A stretch of 40,105 nucleotides of DNA from contig DHDG01000041.1 in the NCBI GenBank assembly GCA_002399265.1, positions 1 through 40,105 on the forward strand, read 5' to 3'. The DNA comes from Firmicutes bacterium UBA4882 (lineage in GTDB: Bacteria; Bacillota; UBA4882). This document shows, piece after piece, positions 9,922 to 20,145 of this stretch (positions are counted from its first letter, which is position 1; the number at the start of each line of letters is the position of its first letter). The notes below the pieces were generated by a model, which was not told the origin of the DNA, made no database searches, and was given only the letters and a program-made list of their open reading frames with translations. Both the position numbers and the translations under genes were made by a program.

Positions 9922-11589
9922 TCAAACCTCCATCACGATCGGCAAAATCATGGGACGCCGTTTAGTTTTTTCGTATAGATAGCGGCTAAGAAATTCGCGG
10001 ATCTGCGATTTAATTGAGGTCCAGTCAGCTTGTCCGTTTGCCAAACACTTTTCAAGCACCCCTTTTACTTTGATGCGTGCCTCTTCGATCAATTCTTCGG
10101 ATTCACGGACATAGACAAATCCTCTGGTAACTACGTCGGGTCCTGCCAGCACCTGCCCATTTTCGCGGCTAATGGTAGTCACGACAATTACAATGCCATC
10201 CTGAGACAGCTGTTTGCGATCACGCAGCACAATATTACCGACATCACCGACGCCCAGACCGTCAACCAGTACTTTGCCGGATGGTACTTTACCTGCCAAA
10301 CGCCCTTCTTTTTGCGAAAACTCCAGTACATCACCGTTTTCGGCGATAAAGATATTGGGTGCTTCAATGCCAATTTCCTCAGCCAACTGGGCATGCTGCA
10401 CCAAATGACGATATTCACCGTGCACTGGCACAAAGTACTTGGGCCGCACCAGATTCAACATCATCTTCAGTTCTTCCTGACTGGCGTGTCCGGAGACGTG
10501 AACCCCAGTCATGGCGTCATAGACTACTTTAGCGCCTAATTTGAATAGATGGTTAATCGTCCTGGCGACCATCTTTTCATTGCCAGGGATCGGGGTCGCC
10601 GAGATAATTACCGTATCGCCGGGAATCAGATTCACTCTCCGATAATCGGAGTTGGCGATACGGGTCAAGGCGGACATCGGCTCGCCCTGACTACCGGCCG
10701 TGATTAATGTCACCCGCTCCAAGGGATAATTATCAATTTCTGAAAGATCAATCAGTACGCCTTCCGGGACCTGCATATAGCCCAGGTTTTGCGAGATATT
10801 CACGACGTTTGACATACTGCGTCCGACAATCGCAACCTTCCGGCCAAAATTGACGGAAGCGTTGATAATCTGCTGAATGCGGTAAACGTTGGAGGCAAAA
10901 GTGGTCACAATGACACGCCCGCGCGCCTCCCGGAAAGCATTATCAAATGTTTTGAATACCATCCGTTCCGAAGGAGTATACCCGCGTCGTTCCACATTCG
11001 TACTGTCTGATAGCAGTACCAGTACTCCTTGATCGCCAAGCTCAGCAAACTTGTGAAAATTGGTGACCTGCCCGCCGATTGGAGTATGGTCAAATTTAAA
11101 ATCCGAGGTCATGACAACTACTCCTGCCGGAGTATGAATGGCCACTCCCACCGTATCAGGAATACTATGATTGACATTAATCAGATCAACTATAAATGGG
11201 CCGATGGTTATAGAATCGCCGGCCTTAACTGTACGTAAACAATCCGCACTAACGCCGTGTTCATTAAGCTTCAGCTCGACCAGCCCATTGGTCAACCGCG
11301 TCCCGTAAACCGGGAGCGGCATTTGCTTTAGCAAATAAGGCAAAGCTCCGATATGATCTTCATGGCCGTGGGTCAGGAAGATGCCGAGTACCCGATCCTT
11401 ACGTTCCGTCAAATAGCTAATATCTGGGATGACAGCGTCAATCCCCAGCATTTCCTCCTCAGGAAAAGCCATTCCGGCATCAACCAGCAAAATATGGCCC
11501 CCATATTCAATAACCATGAGGTTTTTGCCGATTTCGCCCATGCCTCCCAGAGGAATCAGGGTTACTTTTTCTTTATTTTTCTTTGCCAT
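9922..11589 (-). CDS. rnj: Ribonuclease J
   Basis: LGGMGEIGKN, THGHEDH, HSIPD, DSTN, FASNVYR, HVSGHA, PVHGE, RRPMILP. Confidence 0.97.
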   Translation of the reverse strand: MAKKNKEKVTLIPLGGMGEIGKNLMVIEYGGHILLVDAGMAFPEEEMLGIDAVIPDISYLTERKDRVLGIFLTHGHEDHIGALPYLLKQMPLPVYGTRLTNGLVELKLNEHGVSADCLRTVKAGDSITIGPFIVDLINVNHSIPDTVGVAIHTPAGVVVMTSDFKFDHTPIGGQVTNFHKFAELGDQGVLVLLSDSTNVERRGYTPSERMVFKTFDNAFREARGRVIVTTFASNVYRIQQIINASVNFGRKVAIVGRSMSNVVNISQNLGYMQVPEGVLIDLSEIDNYPLERVTLITAGSQGEPMSALTRIANSDYRRVNLIPGDTVIISATPIPGNEKMVARTINHLFKLGAKVVYDAMTGVHVSGHASQEELKMMLNLVRPKYFVPVHGEYRHLVQHAQLAEEIGIEAPNIFIAENGDVLEFSQKEGRLAGKVPSGKVLVDGLGVGDVGNIVLRDRKQLSQDGIVIVVTTISRENGQVLAGPDVVTRGFVYVRESEELIEEARIKVKGVLEKCLANGQADWTSIKSQIREFLSRYLYEKTKRRPMILPIVMEV

Positions 11590-11698
11590 CGAAAGAATAA
11601 AACACCTCCGTGAGAGTGGATCTGCATGATCTGCAAACGTTCCGCAGACATTGATCCGCTCCTTAATTTAACGTTCCGTGCCGCACACAGTTATATTA

Positions 11699-11727
11699 AT
11701 TATAACTTACCCCATTAAAGCGAACAA
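11699..11727 (-). promoter_or_regulatory. SigA-like promoter for rnj
   Basis: TTGTTC-N17-TATAAT. Confidence 0.6.
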
Positions 11728-11793
11728 GAACAACTTTTATTGGCGTAACTTTGGCGCACTTTTGGGCGCAATTGTCGCGACTTTAGGGATCTG

Positions 11794-12534
11794 TTAGAGG
11801 CCGGTCCCGGTCAGCTGCCACTTGAGAAATAGCCCCGCGACGACTGCTACGGCTAGACTGGCCAGTGTGCCAACAAGATAATAGGCCGGGAAGCGCCGCA
11901 TCATTGCGCTTTCATTACCTTCCGTAAACTTTCCGATTGACTTGGCAGCAAAGACAAAGCCGACCGCGCCGTACTGTCCAAAAAAGACAAAGGTCGTGAC
12001 CAGAAAACGCTCCACAAAACCGATGAAGGCGCTAGCCCCTTTTTCTCTACGCACAACTATGGTATCCTCATCATCATCGGTGAGCGGATGATCAAAGCAG
12101 TCGCAAATGCGCTCGACAAAAACGCTGCCAAAAAAGAGTGAAAATGAGTACGTCAAGACGACCATCAGCACAGAACGGTCCCCAGTGATTTCGAACAGAC
12201 GCATCATTTCTTCCAATGGGATGCGCCCGAAAACCAGTAGGGTCCCGATCAGACCGACTAAGTGTAAGCCCTGATCAACTAATAACGTCGCCAAACTGCG
12301 GCGAAGAAAACGCGCGGTCACGCAATCGACAATCCCATGCCAGGCGATGCTTACGGCCAGCAACGCCCAATTTTCCCAAAGCTCCTGCCAGAAGATGATC
12401 GCCGTGACTGCTGTCAAAATCAATAAATGTAGGACAAGATAGCGCCACTTTTGCGCCTTACCATAGGCAATTTTGCGGCCTTGCAGGACGAAGTCCGCGA
12501 CAAAATGCGACACCAACAATTTTAGAAATTCCAT
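11794..12534 (-). CDS. DUF3307-family multi-pass membrane protein (SatE-like)
   Basis: HFVADFVLQ, HGIVD and DQGLH in hydrophobic helices; C-terminal IGFVER...AAKS...YYLVGTLAS. ATG 12534 with GGAGG RBS. Confidence 0.8.
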   Translation of the reverse strand: MEFLKLLVSHFVADFVLQGRKIAYGKAQKWRYLVLHLLILTAVTAIIFWQELWENWALLAVSIAWHGIVDCVTARFLRRSLATLLVDQGLHLVGLIGTLLVFGRIPLEEMMRLFEITGDRSVLMVVLTYSFSLFFGSVFVERICDCFDHPLTDDDEDTIVVRREKGASAFIGFVERFLVTTFVFFGQYGAVGFVFAAKSIGKFTEGNESAMMRRFPAYYLVGTLASLAVAVVAGLFLKWQLTGTGL

Positions 12535-12545
12535 GGCATCCTCCA

Positions 12546-12592
12546 TTAAGCTAAAAGGATTAATTTGCGCACATTTAATCTTATTGGCTAAA
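12546..12592. promoter_or_regulatory. Two 18-bp quasi-palindromic operator-like sites
   Basis: TTAAGC-N6-GATTAA (12546-12563) and TTAATC-N6-GCTAAA (12575-12592); they overlap a possible TTGCTA-N18-TAAGAT promoter. Confidence 0.55.
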
Positions 12593-12609
12593 TGATAAAG
12601 ATAGCAATT

Positions 12610-13248
12610 CTAACTGATGTTGGTCAGCCATTTTTCGACCAGCACCTCGCCAGCTGCGACGGCCTCACGGCGCGCTGCCACACAGTGTTGAAAGACTGCG
12701 GAAGCAGAGATGTTTAGGCTTTTGCCTGCGGTTTCATAAGTCCGCATCCTTTCGTACGCGGATACGGCTTCCCATTGACGTTTCGTCCAGCGGGTGATCA
12801 GCGCATCAATTAGCAAATAAATCGTATTGAGTGCCTGATCCTGGTCCGCACCAAAACCATCAAAAATGGTAAAGCAATTGGTTTTAGCCTTGGCGGTCTC
12901 CAATGCTGCGCGCGCTTTATGGAAGGCCGGCCCATCCATCCACCCCGGGTTTTCCGGCATCAGCGCTGTCGTAATTGTCCCCAGCCCCACTCCGGCCCTG
13001 ATTCCGACAGGATGCAGCAGACCTCTCAGCCTGCGTAGCAGCAGCGGGACTTTCTGCGGCTCGGCGGCCACGCCCTGAATTTGATCCCCATTGGATAAAT
13101 AGAACCGGGTTGCCAGAAGAGCAGCGCATTCCAGATTAATGGTATCAATGGCCTGCAAAACCCGTTCCTGTTCAGCTTGTCTGCCTTTGATGCGCCGGGA
13201 ACGCACCAAATCAGTAGTTAAAACGACATATTGTCGCTGTGTATCCAA
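12610..13248 (-). CDS. satD: SatD-family protein
   Basis: TDLVRSR, GDQIQ (family GDEFQ), IRAGVGLG, DGPAFHKAR, C-terminal HTH (AGKSLNISASAVFQH); strong GGAGGAGGTG RBS. Confidence 0.85.
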   Translation of the reverse strand: MDTQRQYVVLTTDLVRSRRIKGRQAEQERVLQAIDTINLECAALLATRFYLSNGDQIQGVAAEPQKVPLLLRRLRGLLHPVGIRAGVGLGTITTALMPENPGWMDGPAFHKARAALETAKAKTNCFTIFDGFGADQDQALNTIYLLIDALITRWTKRQWEAVSAYERMRTYETAGKSLNISASAVFQHCVAARREAVAAGEVLVEKWLTNIS

Positions 13249-13348
13249 GCAGCCACCTCCTCCCGGAAGCGCGCAGACGGAAGGCTACCCTACGTTAGGA
13301 CAACCCCGGCACAATAATTAAGAGCTCACGCCGCCCGCTAAAATGGAT

Positions 13349-14233
13349 TTATAGCAAACCCATGCTTTTCAGAGTGCTCTTCAGTTGTTCCGTTTCGGTC
13401 GCTGTCGCTTCGACCAATGGCAAACGCAACGGACCAACATTATGTCCGCTCAGGTTCAGTGCCGTTTTCACTGGTATCGGACTGGTAAAGGCAAACAGTG
13501 CTTTGTAGATCGGTGAAAGCTCCCTGTGGATCCGACCAGCCAGCTTGACATCGCCATTCAGATGCGCTTCCATCATTTCCTTCATGCGCGTACCGACAAT
13601 ATGGGCGGCCACACTGACAATTCCGTACCCGCCTATGGCCATTACCGGGAGAGTTAAAGCATCATCACCGCTGTAAACGTAAAAATCATCGGGACAGAGC
13701 GAAATGGCTCTCGTAATTTGTGCCAAATCGCCGCTGGCCTCTTTCAGGGCCACAATATTGGGCACATCCGCCAGCCGCTGAACAGTTTCCGGCAGCAGAT
13801 TAACACTGGTCCTGCCTGGCACGTTATAAAGCATCACCGGCAAAGAAGTGGCCTCCGCAATATTCTTGAAGTGCCGGTACATGCCTTCCTGAGTCGGTTT
13901 GTTATAGTAGGGAGTTACCAACATAATACCGTCCACGCCGGTTTTTTCAGCAGCCTTAGTTAGTTCCAGGGAATCCTCATATGAGTTGCTGCCGGTGCCG
14001 GCAATTACGGTGGCGTGACCACCGACCGCGTCAACAACTGTACGGTAGAGATTAAGCTTCTCTTCCGCCTTAAGTGTGGGCGATTCTCCGGTTGTTCCTG
14101 CCACCACGACTCCGTCTGATCCGTTTTCCACCAGCCATAAGGCTAGACGGGCGGCTTCCTCATAATTCACCGAAAAGTCTTTCTTAAAAGGAGTAACCAT
14201 TGCTGTAATCAATCTACCAAACTCCGGTGCCAT
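13349..14233 (-). CDS. dapA: 4-hydroxy-tetrahydrodipicolinate synthase
   Basis: GTTGES, PYYNKP, YNVPGRT, LKEASG, YSGDD. Confidence 0.97.
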   Translation of the reverse strand: MAPEFGRLITAMVTPFKKDFSVNYEEAARLALWLVENGSDGVVVAGTTGESPTLKAEEKLNLYRTVVDAVGGHATVIAGTGSNSYEDSLELTKAAEKTGVDGIMLVTPYYNKPTQEGMYRHFKNIAEATSLPVMLYNVPGRTSVNLLPETVQRLADVPNIVALKEASGDLAQITRAISLCPDDFYVYSGDDALTLPVMAIGGYGIVSVAAHIVGTRMKEMMEAHLNGDVKLAGRIHRELSPIYKALFAFTSPIPVKTALNLSGHNVGPLRLPLVEATATETEQLKSTLKSMGLL

Positions 14234-14262
14234 TCCGAACCCCTCCTAATCACTGCTTTATA

Positions 14263-15507
14263 TCACTGTTTTTTATTAAGGCCGAATTCCTCATGCAGAG
14301 CCCAGACTGCTCTTTGCAGATCCTGTTCCGCAACCAAGCATGAGATGTTGGTATGCGAATCCGTAGTCTGATAAATGGGAATGTCCGCCAGACTAAGCGC
14401 CTGTACAACCCGGGCCATAACACCTGGAACGCCGCGCATTCCTGCACCGACAGCAGAGACCTTCGCGTATCCTTTGCTGGCAGTAACTTCCGGTACGATC
14501 TTACGCAACAACTCCAAAGCCCGGTCGTAGTCTGACGAATTAATAATGAATGAGATCTGATCTGGCGAAACATGAATCAAGTCGACACTGACTCCGGCTT
14601 GGGCCAGTATTTGAAACACTTTCAATGCCAGCCCACTGCTATTGACATCCTGAACCGAAGCAATTTTGAACAGTGCTACGTCGGCAACATGCGCGATCCC
14701 GGTCACGACCCGATCCGGAAGGCTCTCCTTGCCGACTGCCGCCGGACGCCGCCGACCTTCGGAGATGAGCGTTCCGGTACTATGATCGTCAAAGGTTGAA
14801 CGTACCCGTAGCGGTATGCGACCTTCCATGGAAATCTCAACCGCCCTCGGATGCACAACTTTCGCTCCCATATGAGCCATTTCGCAGATCTCGGAATAGG
14901 TAATGTTCTCGAGCACCTGCGCTTCCGGAGCCAGGCGTGGATCAGCCGTCATGACACCACCGACATCAGTGAATATATCGACATATTCCGCGTTTAACGC
15001 CACCCCCAGAGCAGCGGCGGTGGTGTCGCTGCCGCCGCGTCCAAGGGTGGTAATCGCACCTTTTCTGGTAACTCCCTGAAAACCAGCTACGATTGCGGCC
15101 GAACCATTTTCCAGACATTCTTTGATAGCATCCGGCAGCACTTCAATAATACGGGCATTGTTAAAGCAGTCATCAGTAATAATGCCAGCCTGCCCTCCGG
15201 TGAATGCCCGGGCAGGCAGCCCTGCTGCCGCTAGCGATTGCGCCATGACAACTGCGGCAATGATCTCACCGCAGGACTGAATCAGGTCCAGTTCTTGCGG
15301 GTCAATGCTTTCCGACACCGCACGGGCTAACCCGATCAAGGTATCGGTGGCATAGGGATCACCGCGGCGCCCCATCGCCGAGACCACTAACACGGGGGAT
15401 AAGCCATCTGCGATTGCCCGGCGTACATGTTTAATGACATTTTGGCGTGCTTCAGGCGTAGCTACGGAAGTACCGCCAAATTTTTGCACAATAATACGCA
15501 CAGACAT
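14263..15507 (-). CDS. dapG: Aspartokinase I
   Basis: VQKFGGTSV, VVSAMGRRGDPYATDTL, TTLGRGGSDTTA, ACT domains. Confidence 0.93.
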   Translation of the reverse strand: MSVRIIVQKFGGTSVATPEARQNVIKHVRRAIADGLSPVLVVSAMGRRGDPYATDTLIGLARAVSESIDPQELDLIQSCGEIIAAVVMAQSLAAAGLPARAFTGGQAGIITDDCFNNARIIEVLPDAIKECLENGSAAIVAGFQGVTRKGAITTLGRGGSDTTAAALGVALNAEYVDIFTDVGGVMTADPRLAPEAQVLENITYSEICEMAHMGAKVVHPRAVEISMEGRIPLRVRSTFDDHSTGTLISEGRRRPAAVGKESLPDRVVTGIAHVADVALFKIASVQDVNSSGLALKVFQILAQAGVSVDLIHVSPDQISFIINSSDYDRALELLRKIVPEVTASKGYAKVSAVGAGMRGVPGVMARVVQALSLADIPIYQTTDSHTNISCLVAEQDLQRAVWALHEEFGLNKKQ

Positions 15508-15525
15508 CTCTCCTAACCACTGTCA

Positions 15526-16113
15526 TCAATGGTGATTAATCAGGACGGGCTGCAATTGCTCACCGTCCAGAGCATGCTGCACTGTGTCCCCCAAAAGACG
15601 CATATCAGAAACTAATGAATTGGTTTTTTCGGCGGGATTATCCTGCCCAAATGGAATGAAATAAACATGTTTTCTGTTCATCAACTGGCCTAGGTTGGCG
15701 GCGTTGGTGCCTAACCCATCATTGGTCGCCAGTCCGATTACCAGGGGCCGGCGATTGCGCAAATGCGCCTTGGCAGCCATAGTGACAACGCTATCGGTAA
15801 TGCCATGCGCCATCTTAGCCAGTGTATTGCCGGTACAAGGCGCGATTACCAGAGCATCCAACATCTTTCGGGGACCGATCTGCTCAACCTCAGCAATCGT
15901 TCCGAGTGGCTCCGTACCGGTTAAATCAATGATCTGCAGTCTTCTTTCCTGAATGGTCCCAAAACGGGTATCCGTATGCTGCACTGATTCCGAAAAGATT
16001 GGAATAACGGTGGCCCCTTGCGCAATCAGTTCTTTAATCTGGGGATATACTTCACTGATTGTGCAATGCGAGCCGGTCAAGGCAAGGCCGATAATCTTGC
16101 CTGTCAAATCCAT
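15526..16113 (-). CDS. spoVFB: Dipicolinate synthase subunit B
   Basis: LTGSHCT, DTRFG, APCTGNT, AAKAHLRN, TNDGL, PFGQD, QLQPV. Start at ATG 16113 (GGAGG RBS). Confidence 0.96.
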   Translation of the reverse strand: MDLTGKIIGLALTGSHCTISEVYPQIKELIAQGATVIPIFSESVQHTDTRFGTIQERRLQIIDLTGTEPLGTIAEVEQIGPRKMLDALVIAPCTGNTLAKMAHGITDSVVTMAAKAHLRNRRPLVIGLATNDGLGTNAANLGQLMNRKHVYFIPFGQDNPAEKTNSLVSDMRLLGDTVQHALDGEQLQPVLINHH

Positions 16114-16132
16114 ATCAAGCACCTCCTGCCTG

Positions 16133-17038
16133 TCAGCGGGAGGCCAAAGCGTCCATAATCAAGCCGGGCAATGCTGATGCCAATATATCTCCGGCGGTTT
16201 CCGGCGCGACCTTACCGGGCAAGCCAAGTGACAGCAGGGCCTTCCGGCCCAAGCGTGCGGCGGCCGAAAAGTCCACGCCCCCAGGTGCTGACGCTATGTC
16301 AACAATCAGCACTCCCGGTTCTGTGCGAACCAGCAGCTTCTCTGGGAGCACCATTGCCGGAATCGTGTTGTATATTAAGCGTGCTGAACCAATTCTGCCC
16401 GGCAGTTCGGTAAGCAGCCCAGTATCTAAGCCCATTGCTTGTGCCCGTACCAACTGGGCGGGACGTCTGGCAAAAACAGTAGTCTTGGCGTTCAGGGCGT
16501 GCAACATCCTGGCTAGTGTTATCCCGCAGCGTCCAAAGCCAAGCACGTAGCATGAACAACCGTGAATGGTAATCGGTAGTTCTTCCATCGCCACTTGCAG
16601 GGCTCCCTCGGCGGTTGGAATCGAGTTTAACACAGCGATTTCATCTGTTTCGCCATATTCAAGAGTTTGGATGCCAAGTGTTTCAACCCAGGAACGCATC
16701 AAAGGTCTTAAAGAACCGATTGCCAAAAGCGCGCCGTCCGGAATAATCTCTAAAATATCGCGGGTAAATGCAGGGGCTGGAATATCCTCAACCGTGCGAA
16801 CCAGTCCCTCCGGATCGGTACCATTGATCGGTAGCAAGATAATATGCGCATTGCTAACCGCCTGGATCAGGTTTTCAGCCTGTTCCAGGCCCGCGAGTTC
16901 CGGCCAGGATGACGGCAAGGCGTAATATCTTAGCTGAGCCTGCATCTTACGCAAAGCATTGATTACGGCAAGCTGGCGGCGATCCCCGCCAATTACCGCG
17001 ATTTTTACCCCAGCAAGGCTTATGCTTTCGGCGCTCAT
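16133..17038 (-). CDS. spoVFA: Dipicolinate synthase subunit A
   Basis: IGGDRRQ, NSIPTAEGA, LGFGRCG, DIASAPGGVDF, LPGKVAP. Confidence 0.96.
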   Translation of the reverse strand: MSAESISLAGVKIAVIGGDRRQLAVINALRKMQAQLRYYALPSSWPELAGLEQAENLIQAVSNAHIILLPINGTDPEGLVRTVEDIPAPAFTRDILEIIPDGALLAIGSLRPLMRSWVETLGIQTLEYGETDEIAVLNSIPTAEGALQVAMEELPITIHGCSCYVLGFGRCGITLARMLHALNAKTTVFARRPAQLVRAQAMGLDTGLLTELPGRIGSARLIYNTIPAMVLPEKLLVRTEPGVLIVDIASAPGGVDFSAAARLGRKALLSLGLPGKVAPETAGDILASALPGLIMDALASR

Positions 17039-17086
17039 TTCCGAGTTCCTCCCATAGGTCTCCTAAGACCTCCCGCAATCACTGTC

Positions 17087-17114
17087 AGTATATGTGACTT
17101 TGGCTCTGCGGTGC
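17087..17114 (-). promoter_or_regulatory. SigK-like promoter for spoVFAB
   Basis: GCAC-N16-CATATACT; spoVF is SigK-dependent in B. subtilis. Confidence 0.6.
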
Positions 17115-17171
17115 TTGGACAACGGTTGCCCGCTGCCAAACTTTGCCCTATGCGTCTGGGAGGAGGATAAC

Positions 17172-17984
17172 TTAACCTGGTTCCGAAAGGCCCATAATCT
17201 TGTCTAGTCCATAAATTAGACCCTGATAGTCACGAATTTTCCTAATCGCCAGTAGTACCCCAGGCATAAAAGACTCCCTACTGGTAGAATCATGCCTGAT
17301 TGTTAATGTTTGCCCTAAGTCGCCAAAAATTACTTCTTGATGGGCGACCAACCCCTGCAAGCGAATACTGTGCAAATGGATACCGCCTAAATCCCCACCG
17401 CGGACGCCACTTACTTTTTCGCTGCCAGCCAACGCCGCCGTTTGAACGCGCTCTTTGGCTGCCAAAATCATTTCTGCCGTTTTAATGGCCGTCCCAGAGG
17501 GGGCATCCTTTTTCTGGTCGTGGTGCAACTCGATGATCTCTACCTGATTCATATATTGCGCCGCAAACGCCGCGCAATACATCATCAGCACAGCCCCTAC
17601 CGCAAAATTGGGTGCCACCAGCACCGGGTTCTGATAATGCAACGACCACTCCTGGATCTGATCTAAGTCAACCGAGGTAATCCCAGTTGTTCCTACAATA
17701 ACAGCTGCTTTGCCTTCCAAAGCCGCTTTGATATTGGACATTACAGCTGTGGGAGCGGTGAAATCAACCACCACGTCGATTTTCTTGCTGAAGATGGCAG
17801 GCAAGTCTTTTTCAATTAAGATACCGGATGGTTTAGATCCGGCAAGCACTGCGGCATCCTCACCAATATGAGTTGTATCTATAGCGGCCGCCAATTGCAT
17901 ATCTGGGGCTCCCAGAATTGCCCGGACCACTGCACTGCCCATTTTCCCGGCGGCACCGGAGACCGCTACCTGAATCTCGGCCAT
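17172..17984 (-). CDS. dapB: 4-hydroxy-tetrahydrodipicolinate reductase
   Basis: GAAGKMG, VDFT, GTTG, ELHHDQKKDAPSGTA, TIRHDS. Confidence 0.96.
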   Translation of the reverse strand: MAEIQVAVSGAAGKMGSAVVRAILGAPDMQLAAAIDTTHIGEDAAVLAGSKPSGILIEKDLPAIFSKKIDVVVDFTAPTAVMSNIKAALEGKAAVIVGTTGITSVDLDQIQEWSLHYQNPVLVAPNFAVGAVLMMYCAAFAAQYMNQVEIIELHHDQKKDAPSGTAIKTAEMILAAKERVQTAALAGSEKVSGVRGGDLGGIHLHSIRLQGLVAHQEVIFGDLGQTLTIRHDSTSRESFMPGVLLAIRKIRDYQGLIYGLDKIMGLSEPG

Positions 17985-18026
17985 TTCAACAACACCAGCC
18001 AATCTCATAGTTTGATCGTTGCCCTT

Positions 18027-18055
18027 ATTTTCCTATACTGCCGAACAACTGTCAA
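18027..18055 (-). promoter_or_regulatory. SigA-like promoter for dapB
   Basis: TTGACA-N17-GAAAAT. Confidence 0.5.
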
Positions 18056-18162
18056 GGACAGGGAATTAATCTAACACTGCCATCAGGACAGATAATTGGA
18101 GATCATGCCATGCCATTCCTTATATTGTAACTCTGAAAGAAAAAGGCTATCCGGCGCGCTGC

Positions 18163-18630
18163 TCAACCCGGCGGTTGGGCGATCCCGGTATGGCCAAATC
18201 CACCGTCAGAACGTTCGGTGGCTGGCAAAGAGTTTGTTTCAGTAAAACAGATCTGCGCCACTGGACAAATCACCAATTGTGCGATGCGGTCACCGCGTTT
18301 GATCGTAAACGGTTCCTGCCCCAGGTTAATCAGGATTACAGCCACTTCTCCCCTATAATCGGAGTCAATTGTACCAGGCGCATTCAGTATTGTGACACCG
18401 GAATTCAGCGCCAATCCGCTGCGGGGACGGACTTGACCCTCGAAGCCTTGCGGTATGGCAATTTTGAGTCCGGTAGCAATCAAGGCCCTGCCACCCGGCA
18501 TAATGACAGTGTCCGATCCGATGGCGGCGAGTAGATCGACACCAGCAGCACCGGCTGTCATGGCTTTGGGCAAAGGCAATTCTTCCGCGTGATCCATTCT
18601 GACCACCGGTATACTAATCAATTCCGTCAT
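18163..18630 (-). CDS. dut: dUTPase
   Basis: [39 protein letters not shown]. Start at ATG 18630. Confidence 0.96.
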   Translation of the reverse strand: MTELISIPVVRMDHAEELPLPKAMTAGAAGVDLLAAIGSDTVIMPGGRALIATGLKIAIPQGFEGQVRPRSGLALNSGVTILNAPGTIDSDYRGEVAVILINLGQEPFTIKRGDRIAQLVICPVAQICFTETNSLPATERSDGGFGHTGIAQPPG

Positions 18631-18632
18631 AC

Positions 18633-19919
18633 TTACCACCCTTTTTGGAACTCCGCCCACCGACGACTCAGGCCTGCTATCTGACCAATGGCAGAAATGT
18701 AAGGCTGCTTGGCAAAAATAAGCTGGGCCGTTGCGATTACGTCATCTTTGCTGACTCGCTGTATGCGCTCGATGATTTCATCTGCGGAGACGATTTCACC
18801 GAAGAACATTTCGGCTTTGGCTAAGCGACTCATGCGATTACTGGTACTTTCCAAACCAAACAGGATACTGCCGCGCAGTTGCTCTTTGGCGCGGCTAACT
18901 TCGTCTTCGCTGATTTGTCCTTGCCGGACGGCATTTAATTCCTGACGCAGCAGTTTGAGAACTTCACCGGCGTTCGGTTTACTAACCCCAACGTAAATCG
19001 AGAACAATCCCAATTCCTGATAGGAAGAATGTGCACTGAACGCTGAATAGACCAATCCGCGTTCCTCACGCAACACCTGAAAAAGCCGTGAACTTACTGT
19101 TCCACCCAATAATGCGTCCAGAACCTGTACAGCGTAACGGGCGTCATCAAGCCTGGAAAGTCCTTCCGAACCAAAACAAATATGGACTTGTTCAGTCTCT
19201 TTTTCTTTAAACAGGTTTGCCCCACGAATCGCGGCAGGTAACACGGTGCGGGGCTGGGAAGCTGCTCCCTTTTGAGCACCGCCATTCCCAGGCATCGTTC
19301 CGAAATAGCGACTGATCTCGCTGAAGACTGTCTCCGGGTCGACTTGACCGGCAACAGAAATAATCAGGTTGTCCGGAGTATAATGTTTGCGCCAAAAAGC
19401 CAGGGTCTGCTCCCTTGTAATGGCGGAAATGCTGTCAAATGAACCTAGTACCGGTCTACCCAGCGGATGATCCCCCAACACTGATTTGGCGCATAGGTCA
19501 AGGATCAGTTCATCTGGAGTATCCTCATAAAGCTTGATTTCTTCCAGCACAACCTGTTTTTCTCTGTCGAAATCCTCGGCAGCAAAAACAGAATTTAACA
19601 ACATATCGGAGAGCAGCTCCATCGCAAACGCAAAATGATCACTCAACACTCTGGCGTAAAAACAGGTGTATTCTTTAGAAGTAAATGCATTCAGCTGTCC
19701 GCCAACTGCATCCATCTGCTCGGCAATTTCGCGGGCGCTGCGATTCGGAGTACCTTTGAACAGCAGATGTTCCAGAAAGTGAGTCAAGCCATACTCTCCG
19801 GCAATTTCATATTTGGAACCAGTTTTAACCCATATTCCGACCGTCACAGAACGAACATATGGTATTGTCTCACATACTACGACCAGACCATTTGGCAATA
19901 CAAAACGCTGAAAGGACAC
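18633..19919 (-). CDS. M16 (pitrilysin) family zinc peptidase, MlpA/YmxG-like
   Basis: Inverted zinc motif [31 protein letters not shown]. Confidence 0.92.
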   Translation of the reverse strand: MSFQRFVLPNGLVVVCETIPYVRSVTVGIWVKTGSKYEIAGEYGLTHFLEHLLFKGTPNRSAREIAEQMDAVGGQLNAFTSKEYTCFYARVLSDHFAFAMELLSDMLLNSVFAAEDFDREKQVVLEEIKLYEDTPDELILDLCAKSVLGDHPLGRPVLGSFDSISAITREQTLAFWRKHYTPDNLIISVAGQVDPETVFSEISRYFGTMPGNGGAQKGAASQPRTVLPAAIRGANLFKEKETEQVHICFGSEGLSRLDDARYAVQVLDALLGGTVSSRLFQVLREERGLVYSAFSAHSSYQELGLFSIYVGVSKPNAGEVLKLLRQELNAVRQGQISEDEVSRAKEQLRGSILFGLESTSNRMSRLAKAEMFFGEIVSADEIIERIQRVSKDDVIATAQLIFAKQPYISAIGQIAGLSRRWAEFQKGW

Positions 19920-19953
19920 ACGCCAACCCCCTCATTCCACATATCTGTAGTGA

Positions 19954-19978
19954 ATTCGCTGAACTTGTGCGGAATCCT
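19954..19978 (-). promoter_or_regulatory. SigH-like promoter for the M16 peptidase-dut genes
   Basis: AGGATTC-N11-AGCGAAT. Confidence 0.6.
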
Positions 19979-20080
19979 GCATTTGCCGGACCACTGTGTT
20001 ACAGGCTACTGACAAACGCGCAGCGTGCAAATGACTGCCACATTAACCAATCTCTCCAAAGCGAGCCTGTTAATACTTAA

Positions 20081-20105
20081 AGGTTTCAAAAAGCGCGACA
20101 CGAAT
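20081..20105 (+). promoter_or_regulatory. SigH-like promoter for the GH18 gene
   Basis: AGGTTTC-N11-CACGAAT. Confidence 0.5.
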
Positions 20106-20145
20106 TCAGCCTAAGGAGCATTCAGCCTTGGAAAGGAGCGTCGCA

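Noticed and set aside
11740-11772. TTGGCG-type repeats downstream of the DUF3307 gene as a cassette boundary
   Set aside because: They are short and degenerate, with no matching copy at the other end of the cassette.
18009-18162. Lysine riboswitch ahead of the dap genes
   Set aside because: The leader after the promoter is too short, and I saw no L-box features or attenuator.
19980-20145. c-di-AMP or c-di-GMP riboswitch ahead of the GH18 gene
   Set aside because: No recognisable conserved motifs or terminator; the gap is accounted for by divergent promoters.
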